A stretch of 33,734 nucleotides of DNA from Eremomyces bilateralis CBS 781.70 (Eukaryota): the NCBI GenBank assembly GCA_010015585.1, contig ML975195.1; one strand, given 5' to 3'. Below, piece by piece: positions 21,891 through 33,263 of the stretch. The notes beneath the pieces were generated by a model. It saw nothing but the letters and a program-made list of their open reading frames with translations. It did no database searches and was not told where the DNA came from. The position numbers and the translations under genes were made by a program. Numbering within the stretch: position 1 is the first letter of the stretch; each line of letters opens with the position of its first letter.

Positions 21891-23447
21891 TTAGTACTCC
21901 ATCGCCTCCTCGAACAATGCAGTTAATGTTTCCTTATCCTCTTCTTGCACCCCCGACAAACCCGGAGCCAACATCAAAACTCGTCGTTGAGGCAGTGTCC
22001 CTTCCACCAATACGTCAATGTCCGACCTCGTGTATCCCACCTGCTTCAGGCCACGTGGTTGATCCCCCAGCTTAACTAGGAACTCCTTCAGTGCCTCCGA
22101 GAGCACCTCGCCGGCATTCTCCTGTTTGACATTGCTTATATCAACTCCAAAGCACTCGGCTGCAGCAAGATGTCGGTCTGGATTGCTCGGACCTGTGAAA
22201 CGGAAGACTGCCGGGGCAGTCACTGCCACTGAAACACCATGCGGGATCAATGGTGTCGACACATCATACCCGTTGTGCATATAACTGCGATTCATGCCGC
22301 TGATGGGATAACTCATACCATGGCAGAGATGCACGCCCGCATTTCCGAACCCCACACCAGCTAATGTCGCAGCAAGAAGCATCTGCTCCTGTGCCTCATA
22401 GTCGTCCGGATCAGCCACAGCCCGCGGCAGGTACTTGATGACCGACTTCAGCGCTTGCAAGCTGAATATATCGCTGATCGGGTTGGCACCCTGGTACGCC
22501 GGTCGCTCAATTGGATTGGTGGGACGCGGCCTCCGTTGCTGATACGGAATTGCCGTCCAAGACTCTAGCGAGTGGCAGAGAACATCGAGTCCAGAGCTAC
22601 AGGCGACTGCAGATGGCATAGTACGCGTGTTCTCCGGATCGCAAATGCCCAATGTCGGCTTCATCGCCCGATGGGCGACTCCAGTTTTCGTCTGGTGAGA
22701 GGTGAGATCGAAGATCGCGGTACCGGTGGTTTCGGATCCTGTCCCTGCGGTGGTAGGGATCGCAATCAAAGGCCGCAATTTACCGCGGATCGGCAGCCCT
22801 TTGCCTACAGGAGCATTGACAAAGTCAAGGAGATCGGCATCTATGGATTGGCTCAGCATGGTGAAGGATAAAAGGCAATACTAGGGCCTCATACCTGGAT
22901 TACACGTGTACAAGTTCATCATCTTGGTTGTGTCCATGGCTGATCCTCCTCCCACCGCAATAAAGAGATCCGGGTTGTACGGCTTCGCGGCAGCAATGGC
23001 GTCCTTCACCGATGCCTCCTTCGGCTCCACTCGACACGTTGTGTACTCCTCCCACTTCACGCCCTGCTGTGCGAGGGCCTTCCTCACGTTCTCCATTACC
23101 GGTAACTTCGCGACTCCTGGGTCCGTCACAAGCATTACACGTTCAGCACCCATGTTCACAACGTCCATCCCTACCTCCGCCGTCGACCCCGGCCCGAAGC
23201 GGATCGACGACGCCGCGAGCTCGAAAGCATAGTCGGGGAGAGGCGAGGGCGTTGCAAGGCGGCGGAGACCTTGAGCAAGGCCATTGGATCGCGGTCGTGG
23301 TCGGTGCCGGTGGAAGTGAGGAGACGATTGAGTCTGGTGATAGGTGGGATTGGAATGGCAGGGACATGACGGTGGGTGATTCTGAACCGTCCGGAGAAGG
23401 TTGCGTGCCCGGACTGCCCGCGTGGGTGCGATTCGAACGGCAGGCAT
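21891..23447 (-). CDS. ADHFE1: Mitochondrial hydroxyacid-oxoacid transhydrogenase (Fe-ADH family), 2 exons: 23447-22895, 22840-21891; 500 aa
   Basis: Presequence with CPCH, YAFELAASSIRFG, AVGGGSAMD, PTTAGTGSETTG, DVLCHSLES, GVHLCHGMSYP, PHG. Intron at 22841-22894. Confidence 0.94.
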
Positions 23448-24094
23448 CTTACAAGAACATATGAGGCTTAAGCCACTCGAAGCAATCGACTTGGACGGCG
23501 AAACGATCGATGACACACGTATCACCAACTGTGTGGGGGATGAGTAGACGTCGGAGTATCAGGAAGGCTAAGGAAAATTGCCGTGCCGATTACAACATCA
23601 CGGCTTGTATTCCGACATCGCCGAATACGGATAGGTTCCTCTCGCCCAACTCCGAGGTGTAGAACGCGTAGTGGAGCCTTCAGCCATTAGCGTCACCAAA
23701 ATCACAATGGATGAATGGGTGGATGGATAATGGGCGATGGTAATTCATTGCGGGGAACCCAAGTTGGGGAGCGGAGAACCGGAGGGGAAGCTGGACACAT
23801 GCATGGATGGACGCGAGGCACTAAGGCAGATATCATTATCGACGTGAGCCGAATTGACCCCTGAGTTTGAACGACTTGGACATATGAATTCCTCGACAAT
23901 TATCAGTTTGAGTTGGTTCCTCCGCAATTTAACGGGTAACCCGGTTAACTTTAACATGCCGCCATTAGAAACAAAGAAACTGCACAGTCAAGTGCGTGAT
24001 CAGGACCCTCTACTCCACGCCAACTCCCAACCACCCTCGCCCCTCGTATTACACAGGACTCCTCCATCGCTCGTAGTGCAGTGATACCGTCCGC

Positions 24095-25522
24095 CTAATA
24101 CCACCGCTGAGCAAAGTGCATCCTAGCCCCACCGATGTCGAACACGCTAATCACATTCTTCATGAACGGTCCACCAAGAACATTAATACCCTGAGAAGCG
24201 TCCGCGAAGCCGGTGTAACAGAATGGCTGTCCTCCGGTGCCAGTCCCATTCCATTGGAAGATCATATCTTGTGGCGGGATCTGCAGCATCTGTCCGCCGA
24301 TCTGGAAAGCGAGATACGGTACCGTAGCATTGCACTGGACGTGATAGAGCCCGTCGAGCCAGTTGTATACCGCGGGCGGTTCATAGGCGGCGGCAATGGC
24401 CTCGGAATAATAGGCCGGCAGGTAATTGAGAGTGGTGCCCGAGTCGACGATGAACTGAATCGGGAACACGAGGTCGACTGGCGCCCCCTGGCGCGGCCGA
24501 AGAAAACGCTTCTCAATCTTGGGCTCTTGCGGCTTGGAGTGGGCATTGAGGAATTTGGCGCTTCGACGGAATTTGCGAGAGTCCGACAGCTTGCCCACAG
24601 CAATACCCTGGATACCGATGGCATAAAAGGTGAATTCTTGATTATCCGATGGCAGCAACTGGAACAGCTCGATCGGGGTTACCGCCCATGGGGAATGGTA
24701 TGCGACTCCTGGGGGAAGACCGCCAATAGCGATGACGCCGCCTTCCGAGATGGGTTGACTGGTGCGGTCGAGTGCAATTGAGAAGAGAGGGTCCGTTTTC
24801 CGAGTCCGGATGAGACTGAACATCAACGACTCATAGTTCTGCCCGTTGCCACGGCTCACATTGCCATTGGGGAACGAATTGGTTAGTTCAGGATATGCCA
24901 GTCCCATGAGTCCGCTGGATTTGTTGTCTCCGAACCAAAAGGCGCGGTCAATGATAGCAATCTGCTGTTTCTCCACCTCAAGGCCTCCAAGGGCCACGTT
25001 CTCGTGCACGAACTGCCCATCCAAGAATTCGCCGTCCGCATAAGATATATTGAACGTGAGTCCGGGAACCGACTGACTGGTTGGAGAGGGGGTGTAGGCG
25101 GGACCGAAAAGGCAGTCATCTTGACCGATGTCGTGACCAAATCCATCGTCACAGATGTAATGCTCCGAAGCAACCCAAGTGTCGCTGCTGCCTGTGTCCA
25201 TGATGAGGTCGAAGATTTGGCTTCCTATGGCCAGTTTACTGGAGTAGATGCGGCCCTGCCTGATGGCTATGACGGCTTCGGAGAACGGTGCTTGAGCAGC
25301 AGGGGCACGGTTGACGGCAAGCGCGGATTTCAGGAAATTGTGACTCTGAGAGCCGGTACTGTCAATGGCTTCGAAGCGTGCAACGTGGCTTGCTTCCTTC
25401 AGTTCTGAGGGACGCGAGAAAGCCGCAGGGCGAACCACATTGACCGGTCTGCCATTCATGTGAGTGAGCTGGGCTGCCGTGGCGAGCCCGCTTAGAGCGA
25501 GCAGGAGAGGAGGCAAACGCAT
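24095..25522 (-). CDS. Secreted pepsin-like (A1) aspartic protease, 475 aa
   Basis: Signal peptide, propeptide, DTGSSDTWV, flap ISYADG, GLMGL, DSGTT, C-terminal VFD. No GPI tail. Confidence 0.93.
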   Translation of the reverse strand: MRLPPLLLALSGLATAAQLTHMNGRPVNVVRPAAFSRPSELKEASHVARFEAIDSTGSQSHNFLKSALAVNRAPAAQAPFSEAVIAIRQGRIYSSKLAIGSQIFDLIMDTGSSDTWVASEHYICDDGFGHDIGQDDCLFGPAYTPSPTSQSVPGLTFNISYADGEFLDGQFVHENVALGGLEVEKQQIAIIDRAFWFGDNKSSGLMGLAYPELTNSFPNGNVSRGNGQNYESLMFSLIRTRKTDPLFSIALDRTSQPISEGGVIAIGGLPPGVAYHSPWAVTPIELFQLLPSDNQEFTFYAIGIQGIAVGKLSDSRKFRRSAKFLNAHSKPQEPKIEKRFLRPRQGAPVDLVFPIQFIVDSGTTLNYLPAYYSEAIAAAYEPPAVYNWLDGLYHVQCNATVPYLAFQIGGQMLQIPPQDMIFQWNGTGTGGQPFCYTGFADASQGINVLGGPFMKNVISVFDIGGARMHFAQRWY

Positions 25523-26752
25523 GATTGATGAAGCGAGTGTGGTTGAGGTGTAACTGATACAGGAGATGAAGCGAGAGGACTCTAGACAGATGTCTGATGC
25601 AAGAAAAAACGAATGGAAGGGTTGAGATTGAACGAATGGATTTTGGAGGTGAAGAGGGAGGTTGTGTGTGAGAGCGAGAGCGGGCGAAGTTAAAAGAAAG
25701 AGAAGGAGTGAAAGTGATGGAGGCGTAAGAGGGGGGTGAGGGTGGAATTTTCAGATCCGACGAACTTGTGCTGTGAACTCAGGGCGCAGCCTGCATCTTG
25801 CGAGTTTGAATATTAAATCGGCATGGTGACATCCGTTTGCACCATACCGGTAGCACCGAGATGCGGGAAATCGCAGAGCCGCTCGGATCGCTTCATGTGA
25901 TGTTCCTCTGGGGCACTCTGTACGTTCCCTTCTCTTAGCAGTGGATGACCGAACTTCATGAAACCTGCCTCCAGATCTCTCCACTCATACGAACGGCCTC
26001 TACCAAGCCAGAGCTCGTTTTGCTGCTGCGGTCACATCCCCAGATCGGACAAGCAGAATACTTTATGGCCCCATCGCTAATAGTCTTCCACGCTGGAATA
26101 CTCACGATAAATAATCAAAGGTGGCAGGCCAGGAGTAAGGGAAAAAAACTGTTCCACATGTACCTAAGTTAACTTCCAGATCCACATGCTATCCAGGTAC
26201 AGCCATGTTCAAACTCTCGTCGCACGACCGAAACCCTTCCCGAGCCGGCAGTAGTGTAATCAGCAAGGGGAGGGATAGACCCAGAATGGCAGCAGATCTG
26301 TCTCCCTAGCATCTCGGACCAAGATACGACCGGATGGGGAAGACATTGCATGAAGCAGAGTCGAACTAACCTTGAAACCCTATGTTCTTCAGTTCGAGAT
26401 CGAATCGGATCACAACAGAAAGGGGAAAAGCAGGCCACAGTAACTAGCGGCTGCTATGTTGTAACTTCTACCCCCTGTCCAACGTTCCTGTGAGGCGTGT
26501 TACCCGTGCTGTGCATCTTGCGTAACGAAACGTAGTCGTGGCGCCCCTGATCGTCAGCAAAGTCAAGTGTTTTAGTACGTCCAAGGAAAATAGCAAGCCG
26601 CATTGACATATCTCAGTACGAGGTATTGCCTAATCAGACGCCAGTTGGTTCCTCACGCACGTTGTGATGGAGCAAGGCCCCTGGGAAATAATAGTTGATA
26701 TATTTGTCAAACGCTTATAATACAGAGTAAATACACGTAACATGAAGCTGCG

Positions 26753-28716
26753 TTACTCCTGTTTGGTCCCCCCCTTCAACTGGGATACCAAGAATGCCAA
26801 CCGCCCTTTGATGCGCTGCTGTAACAGGGCCACGATCGCGGCTAATCCAGCTGGGGGTGCTTCATCTGCCCCAACGAACCTTCTCACCACGAGATTGAAG
26901 ATCCCTCCAAAACCCAATGCCATAACGGTACTCGTGAGGATGATCACATTATACGGCATGCTGAAATCCGGCGTTGGGAGCTGCAGAAGCAAGGAAGTCG
27001 TCCGCAGGTAAATACCTCGGGACTGTGCTTCGTCCGATGTAGATCGCCGTGGCGATTGCGGCAGAACTCGGATCACCGCAGGCGCAACGTCAAACCCACG
27101 ATTCGCATCGGGCGGGTACTCCGTGTACCGCAGAACAGCTTTTTCGAAGTCATACGAAATCGTTACAGTTGATGCAGGTGGAATGGTAAGAACCAGTTCT
27201 AAGTGCGTCCCACGTGCGCGATCGACGGCTGGTCGATAGTATGTACTTTCCAATGGATCGCTGTCGTGGCGAACGTCCTGCTGATCGTTTGACTCGGCGG
27301 TTACACGCAGGGTATGCAGATATGGACGCATGAACCACGGTAGGCTCTCCAAATAAACTATGGAAACCGATAAATTCGCAGACGGGTTCACGATTGTGGA
27401 CCACATGCCTCCACGTTCGGAGCCATAACCAGTGATGTGGCGGGAGGCGTGTAATTGAGGTGAAGGGAGGGGTACCTCAGTGACAAGATTCTCTGCTGGT
27501 AGAAGCAAGTCAAACTCTGCGGCTTCTAGTACGAGTTAGCATGTTACCTATATAGTTATATAGCACACGGACCTGGCATAGAGTAGCATCGAGTCAGCCC
27601 ATTATCCTCCTTGGACTCGTGGAATGGTTTTTCGGTCTGTACCATCACCGTTCGTTCAAGCGGTACAGTGAGGCAAACTGGGTAAATCGAACTCGAAGGG
27701 CCCGTCTCCAGGGGACATGAGCCGTTGATTGGCTTGCCAAAGATATCCTTAAGACTCCATGACGGCTCTGAGGAACTCTTGATTGGGAAACAGGAGTCCT
27801 CGCCGCTATATAACTTAGATGTGTCGCATTCGACCTCCTCAATGGGGACCGGCCTTGGAATCGGGTCACCTAGAAAGGTCAACATCTCTCCATTGACTGT
27901 GTGAAGGAGGCATACGTCTAGAACGCAATGACCGAGCAATGTCCAGGACCATATCAACGGTTTGCTCGACCTGCAACACACAATTCTTTCCACCTTCGTC
28001 ACAAATTGGCCTGACATCAATAGCCATGGTCTGCCAAGTCGCGTCAAACAGCTTGTGCCCATCAAAGAGACTCGATATGCCTGCCTTTCCCTTGCATGGA
28101 AGCAGCTTCAGAAATGGAGTTAAATTCTCCGTGCATACCACTTCGTGCGGCAGTGTGCCATGAAGGAGGTGGAGGTTAGAAAGTGAGGAATTAGGAAAGA
28201 TCCCCTCCGGTTCGAAGGTCATAATTGGTCGGATAGTTTTCGTGGAATCGATGAAATTTAAGGAAGCGCAAAATAGCCCCGACAGCGCATTTGTTAAACC
28301 AAGCCATCTAGTCTCAGCCCTAACTATTCATTAGTCTATACTCTAGGAAGAGAAGTGAACCACACATACTCATCAGCTGTATCTGCCTCAACCCAAGCCC
28401 ACAGTTCGACTCCTGTTCCCCCTTCTCTTGCGCCATCCCAAGGACGCGCTCCCCAGCTCTCCGAATCCCATCGTCCTAAACTGAATCGCAAATGAAGTTC
28501 CTTCGTGGAGGTGTGCTGCAAGATTTGCCCCAAGGACCGTGGAAAGTATCGGAAGTTCTGCTGGTCAAATGACAAGGCCGACGTATTGCTTCGGAAGTTG
28601 AAAGACGCAAGGAGCGCGGAATTAGGGAGTGGTCGAAGGTGGAGCCGTTCTTGATAATCGCTGGCCAAGCAGAGCGTTATGGCCAGTGGGAGCAGGAAAA
28701 CGAGTGCAATGAGCAT
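26753..28716 (-). CDS. GPI16: GPI transamidase subunit Gpi16/PIG-T, 4 exons: 28716-28370, 28319-27916, 27869-27573, 27525-26753; 606 aa
   Basis: FPRSLGQIL, GRWD, GVELWA, LSGLFCASLNF, EVVCTENLTPFLKLLPCKGKAG, EYPPDANRGF, LPTPDFSMPYNVI followed by a TM segment. Confidence 0.96.
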
Positions 28717-28849
28717 TGCGGCATTGGTGCCGTCTTCGGAGCTCAAGTCAGGTCATATCCGTATGAACTGGAGGTGCCAGATACATCGGTCTGGAGTATG
28801 AAGGTATGTGGACACTTCACCGTGAGGTTCAAGACCCTGACGACCTGAC

Positions 28850-28862
28850 TCTATCACGTGAC
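28850..28862. promoter_or_regulatory. bHLH E-box TCTATCACGTGAC in the GPI16/LUC7 divergent promoter
   Basis: Cbf1/CDEI-type RTCACGTG; an identical 13-mer occurs at 30296-30308. Confidence 0.6.
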
Positions 28863-29074
28863 CACGCGTCTCCAGGAACTGACTCATGTGCGCCTTGGTG
28901 CCTTAGTGCCTCATTCTCACATCTGCATCACATTGACATATCGCAATCCTTCCAATCTTCAGTCGCGAGCTCCTCCGAGAAGTGTCGTCAAAGGTTTAGG
29001 TCTAGGGGACATACCATACTAAGCATTTGCGACCGCACATTTAGGACAGTTCGGCGATCAGAAGTACCGCGAGG

Positions 29075-30054
29075 ATGGCGGCAGAACAACGAAAGCTGCT
29101 CGGTTCGTCGATTCTTTGCGATCTGGAAATTCATACCGCTGACAGCATGCAGAGCAGCTTATGGGAGAGCAGCTCATGAGCGGACCAGGGACGAGATCGA
29201 CTCAGTTGCCAATGACAGATCCTAAGGTGTGCCGCTCATACCTCGTCGGTACATGTCCTCATGACCTGTTTACCAATACCAAACAAGATTTCGGTCCATG
29301 CTCGAAAGTTCACAGCGAGCCCTTGAAGAACGAATACGAGGCTGCCGATGAAAACCAAAAGAAGAAGTGGGGATTCGAATATGACTATCTGCGAGATATG
29401 CAGAAGTACGTCGATGAGTGTAACAGGAGAATAGAGACGGCTCAGAGGAGGCTGGAGAAGACGCCGGATGAGATTCGTCAGACAAATACTTTGGTCAGTG
29501 ACTGTCACGTACCACCAAAGTTGGGCAAAAGCTAACTTCTACAGCTAAAACAAATATCCGACCTCACCCAAACGATCGATCTCGGGCTGGAGGAGATTAA
29601 GATCATGTGTGAAGAAGGACAGGTCAATCAAGCAGCACAGGAGTTCTTCAAGATCCGGCAGTCAAAGCATACCAAAGATGAGCGAGAGCGCGACTTAAAA
29701 GTTATATCCGACACGTCTGGGCCGTCCGGTCACCAAAAGCTCCAGGTGTGCGACGTCTGCGGCGCGTATCTGAGCCGTCTCGACAACGACCGACGTTTGG
29801 CCGACCATTTCTACGGAAAGATGCATCTGGGATATGCGCAGATGCGAAAAACATTTGACCAGTTGCAAAAGGACCTGAAGGGAAGGGCGCCACCCCAAAG
29901 ATCAGATCCAGCCGATGGCCCTCCTGGATCAAGGGGTGACTACGATGGCGGATTCGGTGATAGAGGGTATGGGCGAGGGGGGTTCCGCGGTGGCTATGGG
30001 CGCGGAGGAGGCTATAGAGGGAGAGGAGGCTATGGCGGAGGCGGAAGGTGGTGA
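29075..30054 (+). CDS. LUC7: U1 snRNP protein Luc7, 3 exons: 29075-29102, 29153-29493, 29545-30054; 292 aa
   Basis: MAAEQRKLLEQLMG, ZnF1 VCRSYLVGTCPHDLFTNTKQDFGPCSKVH, ZnF2 VCDVCGAYLSRLDNDRRLADHFYGKMH, RGG tail. Confidence 0.96.
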
Positions 30055-30295
30055 ATCAAGCATCTCGTCATTATGGAGTACGGTATGGGAGCACGACTAG
30101 GTCAGCTATCAACTGCATGGCGTCTCAGGTTTAATGGCGCATGCGGTTCAATTTCGCGCTGTGTAATGTACTGTACTACGAGCGTGTAATCTAGACCTTG
30201 AAGTCTAGGCGATTATCTCGTTCCTCGGATAAAAAATTCAGAAACGATGAATCATGAGCTGAGGGACTTAGTTATCATCAATTCCTGTCTAGCAA

Positions 30296-30308
30296 TCTAT
30301 CACGTGAC
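30296..30308. promoter_or_regulatory. bHLH E-box TCTATCACGTGAC upstream of the ArfGAP gene
   Basis: Identical to 28850-28862, ~165 bp upstream of the ATG at 30473. Confidence 0.6.
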
Positions 30309-30472
30309 ACGGCCATGTCATCAAATGTCAAACTAAACTGACGCCTTAGCACCACTTCATGAACGCTGCCAATATCTCCCAACGAACCAAATCGCAAACG
30401 CCCCATTTCCACCCACGATACCATCTTCTGTCCCGGTATCGCCTTCTGTACCTATAGGCGCATTCGATTGCC

Positions 30473-32110
30473 ATGTCACGTCGTCCCAATCCGGACCAGG
30501 ACCGCATCGAGCGGAACAGAGCCACGCTCAAAAGCCTGGTAAAGCTCGAGGCCAACAAAAGCTGCGCCGATTGCAAACGGAACAAGCATCCAAGATGGGC
30601 CAGCTGGAATCTCGGCATCTTCGTCTGTATCCGATGTTCCGGTATCCACCGCGGAATGGGAACACACATCAGTCGAGTCAAGTCGGTGGACCTCGACTCC
30701 TGGACGGACGAACAGCTACAGAACATGCTGCGGTGGGGGAACGGTCGAGCGAATAAATACTGGGAAGCAAAGTTGGCGCCGGGCCATGTTCCGTCGGAGT
30801 CGAAGATCGAAAACTTTATCCGCACAAAATACGAGTCCAAGAGATGGGCGATGGAGGGCGGCATGCCGGACCCCTCAACACTGTCCGATGCCACCGACGA
30901 CGATGTTCCGCTGAACGTAGTACAAGAAAAGGCGAAATTGGAACGATCAACTTCGCAACGAACCGCATCGAGCGCGATGCCGAAACCCAGGGCGGCCAAC
31001 ATCGACCTATTCGGCGACGATACACCCCAGCGACCATCGACAGTCGAGCCGCAAACCAATCGGCCCCCGCCACCAAAATCACAAGCCGCACCACCAAGAC
31101 AGACCAAGCAAGCCGATTCATTGCTTGGCCTAGACTTCTTCGGAACCAGCAACTCTGCGCCGATTTCAAACGCAACCTCTCCGCCGCCGGCAGGGGTTCC
31201 CTCACGGCCTGATCTCAAGCAGTCCATCCTGTCGTTGTACGCAGCAAAACCTGCGGCTCCTCCTCAACAGCATCAACGACAGCCTTCGCAAGGATCTTTT
31301 GGGACACTCACTTCGCCATCGTCACCTCCTGCTACACAATCAGGAGTAAGTGGGTTGGATGATGCATTTAGCGGTCTTAGCTTTAGCAACCAACCCAGTG
31401 CACCACCAGCACCGACGGCTTCGCCGTTTGATGCACTGTCATCATTAAGCCCTCGATCGTCAGTAGCAGCTCCTCAAACTACCAAGGCCTCTGCGTTTGG
31501 TACCGGGGGAGGCTTTTTCGATGCTCCCAAACCCGCACCGGCCACCACGCAGCCAGTGACCTCTATACCACAAGGCAACTTGGGCGGTTTCGGGGATATA
31601 TTCTCCTCGACCTCTCCTCCCCCGTCCCAGGCGCCGAAAGCGAGCCAAGCCGACCTTTTCGACATCGGTTTCGATAGCGCACCGGCCCCCCCTCCGAAGC
31701 AGACCACCGCTGCACCCAACATCTCTTCCGCGTTCAACCTTTCTAAACCCACGGCCGCCCCCGTGGCTCCGAAGCCGCAAACTGCTCCGTTGACGGATTT
31801 CTCTGGCTTCTCGGGCATGGATGCGTGGGGCTCGAACAACGCGTGGGCGACTGATCCAGCACCGGCGGCAAAGCCTGCTGCGGCTCCGGCGGCGGCTCCT
31901 GCGGCGTCCACGATAGCGAGTGACTTTGGCGGGTGGGGGATCACGAGCGAGGCGAAACCCACGCCGCAAGTGGCACAGGATGAGGATTTCGGGGGCTGGA
32001 ACAGTGCGGCGCCGGAGACACCTGGGGTTGGAAATTCGGGGGCAAAACAAAAGGCGTCGGCGGGAGGGTTTGGTGGGCAAGACGATTTGTTTGGGAATGT
32101 TTGGAAGTAA
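30473..32110 (+). CDS. ArfGAP of the SMAP/Age2 type, intronless, 545 aa
   Basis: CADC..PRWASWNLGIFVCIRCSGIHR..ISRVKSVDLDSW; low-complexity tail with DLF, DDAF, FGGW and DDLFGNVW adaptor-binding-type motifs. Confidence 0.94.
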   Translation: MSRRPNPDQDRIERNRATLKSLVKLEANKSCADCKRNKHPRWASWNLGIFVCIRCSGIHRGMGTHISRVKSVDLDSWTDEQLQNMLRWGNGRANKYWEAKLAPGHVPSESKIENFIRTKYESKRWAMEGGMPDPSTLSDATDDDVPLNVVQEKAKLERSTSQRTASSAMPKPRAANIDLFGDDTPQRPSTVEPQTNRPPPPKSQAAPPRQTKQADSLLGLDFFGTSNSAPISNATSPPPAGVPSRPDLKQSILSLYAAKPAAPPQQHQRQPSQGSFGTLTSPSSPPATQSGVSGLDDAFSGLSFSNQPSAPPAPTASPFDALSSLSPRSSVAAPQTTKASAFGTGGGFFDAPKPAPATTQPVTSIPQGNLGGFGDIFSSTSPPPSQAPKASQADLFDIGFDSAPAPPPKQTTAAPNISSAFNLSKPTAAPVAPKPQTAPLTDFSGFSGMDAWGSNNAWATDPAPAAKPAAAPAAAPAASTIASDFGGWGITSEAKPTPQVAQDEDFGGWNSAAPETPGVGNSGAKQKASAGGFGGQDDLFGNVWK

Positions 32111-32355
32111 GTCGAGCAGGGGAAATTACGTCGAACGGTCCTGTCGACGAGCATACATAGCGATAGATGATGATAGCGTTGTCCTTCCATCCCCGATTCG
32201 TGGGTTTACACATCGCCAGAATGAAGAATGCACAGAAGAATGGATATAGAAGTAATGCGTGCCCATATACACATGATGCATGTCCAGTCTCATACAATAC
32301 AGCCGTGGAGGCGTGGCAGTCGAAGAAAAGCGCCCAACGCCGTGGATATCCGCGA

Positions 32356-32811
32356 TCATGATTTCTTGCCCCCAAAGATGAAGCTAAAGATAAAGCCAAG
32401 TATCCAGTACAGTAGCACCACCGTTACCACGATTATGCCTGCCAGCTTGAGGATCGCTGTCTTGTTCCCCGCTTGAGCCGCCCGTCCCAATCTCGTGGCG
32501 CTGCCCTTGAGTGTCGTCGACATGTTCGAGAAAACTTCGCTCTGTAGGAAAACAGTCAGAATCCGCTCGATATGTCCGTCTAACCCCAGGACCAAAATCT
32601 GCCAGGACGGATGTAGACATACCGAGTTGTCAATTATATCCTGATTCCGAGCATTGTCATAGATATCAATAGTCACGCCCCGAAGAGCGGACACCTTGCC
32701 AGATAACTCATCCAGGCGAGAGTTATTCTGCCTATCCTACCGGTAAGCGCCATTCCCCGCAAAACAGATGCGCACATCCACCAACCTTTCCCGTTCATAT
32801 GATTCTGACAT
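32356..32811 (-). CDS. SFT1: Small Golgi Qc-SNARE (Sft1/Bet1-like), 3 exons: 32811-32786, 32731-32623, 32541-32356; 106 aa
   Basis: Spliced MSESYERERQNNSRLDELSGKVSALRGVTIDIYDNARNQDIIDNSSEVFSNM...; SNARE heptads plus a C-terminal TM segment. Confidence 0.85.
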
Positions 32812-33263
32812 GTCGAAGGCGATGGAGGCGCAGGATGGTCGCGGACGGCTGGTGGTAGGAAACGTTCGGTTCGTGATGGGGGACGGTTTGCGTCTTATAT
32901 GCGCTGGGGCACTTCGTTCATTCGGGTCGTCGAGCGTGATCGTCGAGAGATTCACGGCATTATTGTTGGAGGTCTGGACAATGAAACGAAGGCGATGTAG
33001 ATGGAGTTAAACAGACAATGACGATCGTTGGGTCCGGTGGACATTTTGGACCAGGAGCGCAAGAGCTCTGGCGGTTGCAAAATGTGAGAGAACGCTTGGC
33101 GTTTTTTTGAGTGTGTGTGTGTCCCGCCCGCAACTCCACCAGAAAACGCGATATCACCCATTTTATGACCAAAACGCGCTGAATTCGTGCCTGCAAGTTG
33201 TGAAATTAAAGGGAAATTATTAGATTGAGTTTTATATCAAGTTTTTTATTTTTTATTTAGGAA

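Noticed and set aside
7643..25522. Dikaritin RiPP cluster (repeat precursor plus protease)
   Set aside because: No DUF3328/UstYa, tyrosinase or transporter nearby; repeats are not individually KR-delimited; the protease is 15 kb away across housekeeping genes.
25530..26740. Short ORFs upstream of the aspartic protease
   Set aside because: No motifs or codon bias; consistent with a pyrimidine-rich 5' UTR and promoter.
30346..32190. Long antisense ORFs (293, 238, 206 aa) and similar ones opposite other genes
   Set aside because: Shadow frames of GC-rich, codon-biased real genes, with no recognisable motifs.
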